From positions 450,510 to 514,509 of the forward strand of contig JAJPIO010000009.1 in assembly GCA_021324735.1 (NCBI GenBank): a DNA stretch of 64,000 nt, written 5' to 3'. Of the stretch, positions 20,250 through 28,216 are shown piece after piece (position 1 is the stretch's first letter; every line of letters begins with the position of its first letter). This DNA is from Bacteroidota bacterium (GTDB lineage Bacteria; Bacteroidota; Ignavibacteria; Palsa-1295). The position numbers and the translations under genes are program-made. Below the pieces are notes generated by a model. The model was not told where the DNA came from. It was given only the letters and a program-made list of their open reading frames with translations, and ran no database searches.

Positions 20250-21229
20250 ATCGGAGGCTCTTTTTAAAGCGAGCGTTTCAGTCATCTGGTATTGTAGTCA
20301 TGCTTCCTGCAGCTAAAAGCCTTGGAGCGATCGAACATGCACGTAAGGCCGGTTATTATGAGCATACGATCCTTGCCATGGGGACTACCGCTCGGCTTGG
20401 TGTATATGCTCGAGGCGAGGAAGCAGCCAACGAAGTCATTACTGCTTGCTTCGAGGAGTTAAAACGGATCGAATCGCTTCTCACCATTTTTAATCCTTCG
20501 AGTGAGATCTCGAAATTGAATTCAAACGCTGGGGGCGGATTTCTCTTCTGTTCTGCTGATACTGTTGCGATCCTTGTGGCAGCTAAACAATATGCATCGC
20601 TTACTGACGGTGCGTTCGAAGCGACCGTCGAGCCACTAATGCGGTTATGGGGATTCCGAAACGATAACAATGTGCTTTCTCAGCTTCCCTCTGATATAGA
20701 AGTTGCAGATGCATTACGCTTTATCGGCAGCGATCATATTGAGTTACGTGATTCCAGTGCTCGTCTTACCATCGCCGGAGCAAAACTCGATCTTGGTGGA
20801 ATAGCAGTTGGTTATTCCCTCGATAAGATGGTTGCCATGTTACATAACGCCGGTATCGAAGATGCTTTTATCGATATTTCCGGCGACATGTTTGCGCTCG
20901 GTAAGGAGCGCGGTAAAAGGGGATGGGATGTTGCCATTCCAGACCCACAAGATACCGCTAAACTAATTTATCATGCCACCATCTCGAACGAAGCGCTCGC
21001 GACCAGCGGTAACTACGAATCCTTTGTTGTATATCAAGCTCAGCGGTTCGGTCATATTATGGACCCACACCAAGGGAGATCTTCGGTGCGGATGCTATCA
21101 TCTACAGCGATCGCTAAGACAGGCCTGGATGCCGATGCATTATCGACAGCCTCTTTTGTGTCTGGAAAGGCATACGGGACATCACGGCTTATAGGGGTCA
21201 ACAAAATTGGCACTCTAACTGTGACGTAG
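20246..21229 (+). CDS. apbE: FAD:protein FMN transferase with Tat signal
   Basis: MNRRLFLK twin-Arg signal; AMGT, SEIS.LN, T.GAF..TV.PL..LWGF, DLGGIA.GY, ATSGNYE, HIMDP and ADALSTA motifs. Confidence 0.9.
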   Translation: MNRRLFLKRAFQSSGIVVMLPAAKSLGAIEHARKAGYYEHTILAMGTTARLGVYARGEEAANEVITACFEELKRIESLLTIFNPSSEISKLNSNAGGGFLFCSADTVAILVAAKQYASLTDGAFEATVEPLMRLWGFRNDNNVLSQLPSDIEVADALRFIGSDHIELRDSSARLTIAGAKLDLGGIAVGYSLDKMVAMLHNAGIEDAFIDISGDMFALGKERGKRGWDVAIPDPQDTAKLIYHATISNEALATSGNYESFVVYQAQRFGHIMDPHQGRSSVRMLSSTAIAKTGLDADALSTASFVSGKAYGTSRLIGVNKIGTLTVT

Positions 21230-21273
21230 GACAGGAAGGAATTACTTCCAAATCCTGTTATTCTTACACGAAT

Positions 21274-21705
21274 ATGCCAGAGCCCTCGCCTAACTGCGTG
21301 TTTTGTGATATCGTGCGTGGCACGAATCCGCACGAGATCGTTTATGAGGACGCCGAGTATCTCGGCTTTCTCGATCGTTATCCGCTTAATCCCGGCCATA
21401 CCCAGTTTATCCCGAAACGTCATTACCGGTGGGTGTGGGACATGGAAAAAGCAGACCTGGGCTTTATGTTTATGAAGGCGCGCCGAGTTGCAAAGGCGCT
21501 GCAAACAGTGTTCAAGACGGATTGGGTTATCGCTGATACCGGCGGCATCGGCGTGCCGCATGCGCACATTCATCTCGTGCCACGCTTCGAAGATGATGGC
21601 CATGGCGAGCTACCCGATCCGAAAATACTTCGGGAAATTCCGGACAGTGAGATGGCGGAATTCGCCCGTAAGATCAGATTGGAAATCGAGCGTACCCCGC
21701 AATAG
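21274..21705 (+). CDS. HIT family protein
   Basis: CVFC, FLD..P..PGH...IPK.H and VPHAHIHLVPR histidine triad. Confidence 0.92.
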   Translation: MPEPSPNCVFCDIVRGTNPHEIVYEDAEYLGFLDRYPLNPGHTQFIPKRHYRWVWDMEKADLGFMFMKARRVAKALQTVFKTDWVIADTGGIGVPHAHIHLVPRFEDDGHGELPDPKILREIPDSEMAEFARKIRLEIERTPQ

Positions 21706-22695
21706 ATGCTAATTAGTCAGACCCCGCTTCGGATCAGCCTCGGTGGAGGAGGAACCGATCTTCGAGCCTATTATAAAGACTCCGATGGTTTCGTCGTCTC
21801 GACCGCCATCGATAAGTACATGTACGTGCTTATCAAAGAGCGATTCGATTCGAAGATCTATCTCAATTATGCGGCCCGCAAAGAGATTGTCGACGATATC
21901 TCCGAGATCCAGCACGAGCTGGTTCGCGAGGCTGGACTGGTTACCGGTCTTCGCAATGGATTTGAATTAGCAACGTTCGCGGATATTCCTTCGGAAGGCT
22001 CCGGACTGGGGTCTTCCAGCAGCCTGACCGTCGGTCTGCTAAACGCCATGCACACCTTTCGTGGCAGGCAGGTCACGCACGATCAACTCGCTGAAGAAGC
22101 CTGCATGATCGAGATCGACATTCTCAAAAAACCCATTGGCAAGCAGGACCAGTACATTGCGGCTCACGGAGGACTTACGACCATCACCTTTCATGGTTCG
22201 GAGCGCGTAACAACGGAACGCCTCGAACTCGACGAACGCGAGCGCCACGACCTCGGCGGTCGTTTCATGCTCTTCTTTACCAATGTTACACGTCAGGCGT
22301 CGTCGATCCTCACAGAGCAGCAGGAAAAAACTACCATCAATCGGAAGCACTTGCTCGCGATCCACGGACTTGGCAAGAAGATCGAAGACGCAATCCGCTC
22401 GCGCAAGTTCGATACGATCGGGGAAATTCTGGATGAGAACTGGACACTGAAGAAAAATCTCGCATCCGGAATTACCACACCGCAGATCGACGACATGTAC
22501 AAACGCGCTCGCGCTGCCGGTGCCGTGGGCGGAAAAGTCGCCGGTGCAGGCGGCGGCGGCTTCTTGCTCCTCTACGTCAAACCGGAACATCAGGCCAAGG
22601 TGCGCGAAGCTCTTTCAGAATATCGCCGGATGCCGATCATGCTCGATAATTTCGGGGCCACGATCATTTTCAATCAACGGCGGTACCGTTGGTAA
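21706..22695 (+). CDS. hddA: GHMP kinase, D-glycero-alpha-D-manno-heptose-7-phosphate kinase-like
   Basis: TPLRISLGGGGTD, GSGLGSSS, IGKQDQY and GGKVAGAGGGGF motifs. Confidence 0.8.
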   Translation: MLISQTPLRISLGGGGTDLRAYYKDSDGFVVSTAIDKYMYVLIKERFDSKIYLNYAARKEIVDDISEIQHELVREAGLVTGLRNGFELATFADIPSEGSGLGSSSSLTVGLLNAMHTFRGRQVTHDQLAEEACMIEIDILKKPIGKQDQYIAAHGGLTTITFHGSERVTTERLELDERERHDLGGRFMLFFTNVTRQASSILTEQQEKTTINRKHLLAIHGLGKKIEDAIRSRKFDTIGEILDENWTLKKNLASGITTPQIDDMYKRARAAGAVGGKVAGAGGGGFLLLYVKPEHQAKVREALSEYRRMPIMLDNFGATIIFNQRRYRW

Positions 22696-23334
22696 ATGCT
22701 CGAAATTTACTTTCTTCGTCACGGTCAAACCGAATTCAGTCGCGACAACAAATTTTGCGGCTCTGCCACGGACGCTCAGCTCACTCCGCAGGGCCGCGCA
22801 ATGGGCGAGGCCTTCGCGGAATTTTATCGAGATACCCAATGGCGCGCGATCTACTCGAGTCCGCTCGAGCGCACTCGGATCACCGCCAACACGATCGCAT
22901 CCCGCTTAAACCAACAGCCGATCGTTCGTGACGGCCTGACCGAGATTGGCTACGGCAAATGGGAAGCGCGGACCGTGGATGAGGTCGACCGGTTATTCCA
23001 CGACGACTATCTTCGCTGGACGGCCGACCCGGCGTGGTATCCTCCGACCGAAGGCGAATCCGCAATTTCCGTTTCCACGCGCGCGCTCGAAGTCGTTCAG
23101 GAAATCCGCGATGATTGCCACGAAGGCAAGGTCCTCGTCGTCTCTCACAAGGCCACCATTCGCATCGTACTCTGCGCCCTGTTGGGCATCGATGTCGGGC
23201 GGTTTCGGTACCGGCTCGGATGCCCGGTGAGCTCCGTTAGCGTCGTCAGCTTTGCCGGACACGGCCCGCTCCTCGAAGTCCTGGCGGATCGGTCGCATCT
23301 TCCACAGGAGTTGCTCCAGCTCGAGGGCACCTGA
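22696..23334 (+). CDS. Histidine phosphatase family protein
   Basis: LRHGQT, YSSPL.R, L.EI.YG.WE, GES and VVSH motifs. Confidence 0.92.
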   Translation: MLEIYFLRHGQTEFSRDNKFCGSATDAQLTPQGRAMGEAFAEFYRDTQWRAIYSSPLERTRITANTIASRLNQQPIVRDGLTEIGYGKWEARTVDEVDRLFHDDYLRWTADPAWYPPTEGESAISVSTRALEVVQEIRDDCHEGKVLVVSHKATIRIVLCALLGIDVGRFRYRLGCPVSSVSVVSFAGHGPLLEVLADRSHLPQELLQLEGT

Positions 23335-23667
23335 GGGATGGTGCTCGAGCCCCGGATTCCGCTGCGCTAATAAATCCCTAGATTCTGGCGTACGTACATA
23401 CGGCAGAACCTACTCAACTTTCAACGAACGATGGGGAAGCGACGATCTATCTTCAATGTGGTAGGGATCACGCACGAAGTCTAATCTCTAGATGCCTGTA
23501 CGGACAGAGGCGTGTTTGCCTGGTAGGATCGGGACCGCTTGGTTGCTTTTTTTTCGTGTCTGAGGGGCAACCAGACCCAATCTAATGTACGCAATAAGTA
23601 TATTTTTGTTTCAACTAAATGATATTCTATAGGACAAAAATCCCACTGGATTCGCTAGCCATCTATG

Positions 23668-24194
23668 TTATGCTGGTGGCCGAAATCCTATGGGACGGCG
23701 TGGCCGCTCGTCGGCAGCGATCATCTTTTTGATCGCGTCGAATACAACTTGGAAGTTCTTATCGTACTTTCTTTCCAGCTCCTCCAGTTTGCGAGCCAGT
23801 TCACGATGGGCCGTTAGCCACGTTCGCATTTGGACGAACGTTCGCATGATCGCGATATTGACATCGATAGCCTGCTTGCTGTTGAGAATTCCGGAGAGCA
23901 TGGCGATACCTTGCTCTGTGAAGGCAAAGGGAAGGTATTTCGAATGCCCCCGCGCTTTAAGGTCACAGATTGTGATCTTAAACGGTGAGACTCCTCCACA
24001 GTCAACTCGAACATAAAGTCCTATGGGAAGCGCCGCAAATGCCGCCGAACAGATTGTTTCAGGACCCGAGTTGAAACGCCGTATTATCGTGCGAGATCGG
24101 CGTCTAAAATGACGCGCTCTCCTCGAATGAAGTAAATGTGAGAGGCAATGACCTCCTCGCGAAGCGCTACGGCATGGGTAGATTGGTTTTGCAT
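23668..24194 (-). pseudogene. ORF6N (KilA-N-like) domain protein pseudogene
   Basis: Manual translation from ATG 24194 gives MQNQ...IYFIRGERVILDADLAR*YGVSTRVLKQSVRRHLRRFP*DFMFELT...RGG. A frameshift in the G run near 23947-23951 then leads into HSKYLPFAFTEQGIAMLSGILNS...RRPIGF. In-frame stops are at 24084-24086 and 24021-24023. Confidence 0.88.
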
Positions 24195-24385
24195 AGAGGA
24201 CCGAGTTTGAAAACCTCTGCAAAATTACGAAAATGTCCCTCGATTCACAGCAAGCAGAACCAGTGTTCGGACATGGCCAGCACATCCCAGCGAGCGAAGG
24301 CAAGGCCCCGAACACCATCTGGGGCCGTCCTCGAACGGCTGTTTGATCTCGTGGAGGGGAAGCAGCAGACGAGGGTGGAGGAGCG

Positions 24386-24550
24386 GTAGGGACGTGCCTT
24401 CGGCGCGTCCACTGTGGGGATTAGATAACGTCAGTCAACAAGATGAATTGGCGGGCAGCAGGATTTGTAAATCGCAAGGAGCGTTATGATTGAGCACGTG
24501 ACAGCATTTCGGCATTCCCCACGCTGGACGTACCGGAGGTACGTCCCTAC
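24386..24550. repeat. GTAG-type REP doublet (REPIN-like), family A
   Basis: GTAGGGACGTGCCTTCGGCGCGTCC and inverted GGACGTACCGGAGGTACGTCCCTAC, with inner GTGGGGA/TCCCCAC pairing. Confidence 0.8.
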
Positions 24551-24602
24551 CGACTTAGGACCAAGCCACATTAAGACGGATTAATCGTCGGAATTGTGCG
24601 CA

Positions 24603-25520
24603 TTATGTAGTACTTTGAGGAGGCTGTTTCTTTAATGGGACAGTTGCTTGTACGCGGTCATAGAGTAGCTCTTTTAAATTAGCCGGGTTAGAGTAGAAAA
24701 TGTGGCTATAAGCTTTTGTATCAAAATGGAGCTTTTCTTTTTCCTCGATCTTGCAACACCAAACCACTGGTATTCCAAGACCGAGTGCAAAGCCCGCCTC
24801 GAAATAGCAACCACCTCGCTGACCTGTGAAATCAGCTACGACCAAGGAGCTGCGTCGTATTTCAGCCATGATTTTATCATTGATATTATCATTGTGCTGA
24901 GCAGCCTTTAGCATCATGGGGCTATATCCTGCTCTTTCGAGTGCAGGCTTAATACCGTTCGCCCAAACATCATCCATACTATCATCAAACCACATCGCCA
25001 CAAACGCTTGGTTTCCGAGCGGCGTTGTTTCCCGCAAATGTACTGCTCTGGCCCAACCGCTAAGTGTTGGCAAGAACTGTTCAACATAGCCACTCCCTCC
25101 CTCCAGTTCGAGGTAGCCCAACTCCGCCGCCTTATTCAGCCAATACCCCAACTCGTTCGGATCACAAGCGACCCAGATGGGGTATAGTATTTCTTCATCA
25201 AGAACGAACCGCTGATCCATCCGCTCAAGGCCGTCATAAAGGGTTCTAATGACGTTATCAATGGCTTCGAACAAGTTCGATGGCCTTCGAACCATACTTG
25301 CGATTTGCTCCTGCCCCTCAGTCTGTATTTCTATCCTTCGGCCGTTGTCCCATGCGAGGCGAGTCGCTGCGCTTAAAAGATAGCCAGCAACTTTTAATTC
25401 GCTGTGATATGCTTCTGGCGTGATGACGTACTGTCCGCATGTTCGGCACTTCATGCCGTAGGCCTCTCTCCCGCTAATCTCGCCACCCTCGGCTTCTTTT
25501 CCACAAAGTTTACAATTCAT
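24603..25520 (-). CDS. Zn-ribbon + C-terminal nucleoside deoxyribosyltransferase/TIR-like domain protein (putative defence effector)
   Basis: N-terminal CKLC...CRTCG; C-terminal AFVAMWF...IKPA...I.AEIRRS..VVADFT....GCYFEAGFALGLGIPVV...HFD. Confidence 0.7.
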   Translation of the reverse strand: MNCKLCGKEAEGGEISGREAYGMKCRTCGQYVITPEAYHSELKVAGYLLSAATRLAWDNGRRIEIQTEGQEQIASMVRRPSNLFEAIDNVIRTLYDGLERMDQRFVLDEEILYPIWVACDPNELGYWLNKAAELGYLELEGGSGYVEQFLPTLSGWARAVHLRETTPLGNQAFVAMWFDDSMDDVWANGIKPALERAGYSPMMLKAAQHNDNINDKIMAEIRRSSLVVADFTGQRGGCYFEAGFALGLGIPVVWCCKIEEKEKLHFDTKAYSHIFYSNPANLKELLYDRVQATVPLKKQPPQSTT

Positions 25521-25578
25521 TTTACGTCAATCGTTAAGATAGGGTGAATCTCAATTCCGCTTTCGTCGTGCCGCCAAC

Positions 25579-26580
25579 CTACACGGTTTCCTGGGCGCTT
25601 GGCTCGGGTTGCTGATTGCCTTGTAAACGCTGAACATATCTGAGCTTCTTCTCAATTTCGCAATAAGCATTACGAATTCTAGTTTCTTCGCAACCTAGTT
25701 CGATTAGCGCATCAATCGTCGCCTGTAATCGGTTTTCCGCCGATTGGTGCTCGATTATACTCGCCCAAAAGTGATGTGGCGTTGCTGAAGCAAGTACCGA
25801 TTCATAATGCAAGAAAGTAAATGCTTCGGCTGACTCAGCTAACTCCTCGACTACTTTTAGGCACCGTTCCGCACATTCCGTTTTCAGACGAGAATTGAAA
25901 TCCCCAAAGACCGTCCATTCTCTTGCTAGGATGCGTCTCTGCTCTTCCTGAAACCATGTGTGAAAGCCCTCGATCTTAGCCTGATACTCGGTGAAGATGT
26001 CTTTCACGTTCAAGGGTTGATTTTGCTTCTGTAGAAAGCTCCGCGCAGATGCCTTCCAGGCGTAGCCCTCAAGAAGCTTTTTTGGAATGAGTTGCACCTG
26101 GATAATCAGACCGTCAGGGTTAAAAATATAATTAGTATTTAATTCAGGCGGTCGATAATGCACAAAGTAATCTCGAAGATCATGCATGAATCGTATCAAT
26201 TCATCTTTCGCCAGCTCATCCTTTCGTCGCTCGTAATCCGGCATCAACGTTGACCCATGCTCACGATATAGGTTCCTTGTGTGATCAGCTAAAGTTTTGA
26301 CAGCAGCTAAGTAATTGAAAATCAATAATACAATATTTTCTCTAAAAGCCAGTCCCCAAACTTTTTGCTGATTTGTGTGAAATTCCAGAAATCTCTGAGG
26401 GTTGGTGAAGTCTTCGATTGCCTTTTGCAGCATGAAATAATTTCTATCGACAAGCTTATATAAAATGTTAAGTCGAAGGCTGTTTTCAACACTCGCGACC
26501 TCTTTGCTTGCCATTCTTTCCCTATAAAGCGCCGACACCCCTTCAGTGTGCAAGATTGTTTGTCCTTCGTGAATATTCAT
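25579..26580 (-). CDS. Hypothetical helical protein with HEPN-like RxxxxH motif
   Basis: IFNYLA...LADH and FMHDLRDYFVHY (R-x4-H); AT-richer codon usage than neighbours. Confidence 0.55.
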   Translation of the reverse strand: MNIHEGQTILHTEGVSALYRERMASKEVASVENSLRLNILYKLVDRNYFMLQKAIEDFTNPQRFLEFHTNQQKVWGLAFRENIVLLIFNYLAAVKTLADHTRNLYREHGSTLMPDYERRKDELAKDELIRFMHDLRDYFVHYRPPELNTNYIFNPDGLIIQVQLIPKKLLEGYAWKASARSFLQKQNQPLNVKDIFTEYQAKIEGFHTWFQEEQRRILAREWTVFGDFNSRLKTECAERCLKVVEELAESAEAFTFLHYESVLASATPHHFWASIIEHQSAENRLQATIDALIELGCEETRIRNAYCEIEKKLRYVQRLQGNQQPEPSAQETV

Positions 26581-26982
26581 GCTCGGCCAGTCAAGCGCTA
26601 CTTATTGCTTTCGCACAAGTGTGCGGGATACATTGAATGAAATCACCTTCAGGGTCGAAGAGTTGGATGATCGCTCACCCTTGAGGAACATTATATAAAC
26701 CGGTCGGCAAATTTCGGAGTTCGCACAATTATTAGAGTAGGTATGGAGTAGTTGCCGCCAATACAAAGACGCCTCCGATCGAGACAGCCTCATTTCGTAG
26801 GTCCTATTCGAATTTGCAATAGGTGTTTGCTGGGTTTGTCGCGGAAGATGCAGCGTTCAGTTTGCCATGTCCGCCCCCCGGGATGCCATCTGTTTTGCCC
26901 TAAAGCGGAATGAACTCAATTGCATCGAAGATGAGTTAGGCGAACCAGTACGATCCCCACATTGCCGCCCACGATATTCAAG

Positions 26983-27552
26983 ATGACCTTTCAGGAATAC
27001 CTTAGTTATTTCAATCAGTCGCTAACTTCGCTTAATACGACCGAGATCGGTCAATTTCTCGATCTGCTGGTCGATGCCTATGAGAACGACCGTACCGTGT
27101 TCGTCATCGGAAACGGTGGCAGCGCGGCCAATGCGTCGCATTTTGCCAATGACCTGGCGAAAGGTACGCTCCGCTCGATGGACCAGCCGAAGCGCCTACG
27201 GGCATTATCGCTGACCGATAACGTCGCGCTCATGACCGCGTATGGTAATGATGAAGGCTACGCGACGATCTTCGAGCAGCAATTGCGGACCTATGCTCGT
27301 CCCGGCGATATTGTCGTTGCGATCTCGGGCTCGGGTAATAGCCCGAATGTGATCTCCGCGATCGAGTGGGCCAATGCGAACGGTCTTCACACCGTAGGGG
27401 TCACCGGTTTTGCAGGCGGCAAACTCAAGCAGATCGCCTCGACGACGGTCCACGTCCCGCTCAATGATATGTGCACCTCCGAAAGCGTGCACTCGGTCAT
27501 TTTCCATTATGTCGCGATCGAATTACCGAAGCGACTGTATAAAGAATCGTAG
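26983..27552 (+). CDS. gmhA: Phosphoheptose isomerase (SIS domain)
   Basis: IGNGGSAANASH, TAYGND.GY..IF..QL, AISGSGNSPNV, GFAGGKL and ESVH motifs. Confidence 0.85.
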   Translation: MTFQEYLSYFNQSLTSLNTTEIGQFLDLLVDAYENDRTVFVIGNGGSAANASHFANDLAKGTLRSMDQPKRLRALSLTDNVALMTAYGNDEGYATIFEQQLRTYARPGDIVVAISGSGNSPNVISAIEWANANGLHTVGVTGFAGGKLKQIASTTVHVPLNDMCTSESVHSVIFHYVAIELPKRLYKES

Positions 27553-27720
27553 CCGTGACCTTTAGGTCACGGCGAATTGAGGATGCGTCTGTAGCCGTAA
27601 CATTTATGTTACGGCGAATTGAGGATGTGCACCATGTTATTGAAACCATGTCCATGGCCGGCGGTGCGTTTCGCCGTGACCTGAAGGTCACGGCTACGAA
27701 TCACGGCTACGAAATCACGG
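27549..27720. repeat. GTAG-type REP cluster, family B (left)
   Basis: REP units at 27549-27573 (+), 27591-27615 (+) and 27673-27697 (-), plus a partial unit at 27701-27710; consensus GTAGCCGTRACMTTTAKGTYACGGC. Confidence 0.9.
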
Positions 27721-27726
27721 AATCTA

Positions 27727-27939
27727 CTATCTCCCGTTATTTGCTGCTAAAGGATTGGAATAGCTGAAGGAGCGTAGGTCAGCGCGGGAGGATGCGTGTT
27801 CCATCGTAATGGAGATAAGATTTCCCTGATGGTCGTACTCCGCAAGGGTGTTCTCATCAAGATCGCGCGTGCTTTCAGCATCCGCTGATGCGAATTCTAC
27901 AAGCAACGTGTCGGTGTCTTGAAAGTATGTGACTTTCAT
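27727..27939 (-). CDS. DUF2283 family putative antitoxin
   Basis: MKVTYF.DTDTL..EF......ES.DLDENTL.EYD..GNL.SIT.EHA. Confidence 0.85.
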   Translation of the reverse strand: MKVTYFQDTDTLLVEFASADAESTRDLDENTLAEYDHQGNLISITMEHASSRADLRSFSYSNPLAANNGR

Positions 27940-27958
27940 CGCTTAGAGGAGATATGGG

Positions 27959-28201
27959 TCAATCTGGCTTGCGGAATGACCGATCGAAAAAGGCATTATG
28001 TACGGTCTCTCCATCAGGCAGGATAACAACCCTAAGCCATTTATTGTTTGCCTCGGAAATCCTGGCCCATCGTCGAATTCGGCCGTCCGATTGAATGGTT
28101 TCCCATTCTGGATTCATCATAACTCGCTGAATCCATTCAACTTCGATCCAATCGCGATCGGGAGCCGCATGTCGGTACTTGAAATATTCAGTGAATTTCA
28201 C
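27959..28201 (-). CDS. Putative toxin (DUF4258-like / RelE-BrnT-like) paired with DUF2283
   Basis: 80 aa with EWI.RV..NP....Q.DGRIRRW..I......LRVV.L.DGETVHNAFFDR; AGGAAGG RBS before the GTG; lies directly upstream of DUF2283. Confidence 0.7.
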   Translation of the reverse strand: MKFTEYFKYRHAAPDRDWIEVEWIQRVMMNPEWETIQSDGRIRRWARISEANNKWLRVVILPDGETVHNAFFDRSFRKPD

Positions 28202-28216
28202 GATGCCTTCCTAATT

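Noticed and set aside
23335..23667. Possible ncRNA in the 330-nt gap after the histidine phosphatase
   Set aside because: Only a weak GGTTGC/GCAACC inverted repeat and no recognisable RNA family; cannot be supported without a covariance search.
23668..24318. 216-aa ORF as an intact gene, or stop-codon recoding
   Set aside because: The N-terminal half is off-frame relative to the ORF6N homology. The lesions include TAA, TAG and a frameshift, and other genes use TAG/TAA as normal stops.
25521..25578. Integron attC site between the two orphan genes
   Set aside because: GTT and AAC triplets are in the wrong order for attC (RYYYAAC...GTTRRRY), there is no convincing stem, and no integrase is present.
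26602..26960. 63-aa ORF 26602-26793 and a weak GTAG-led hairpin near 26797-26824
   Set aside because: No recognisable protein motif, and the hairpin is short and unlike either REP family; insufficient support.
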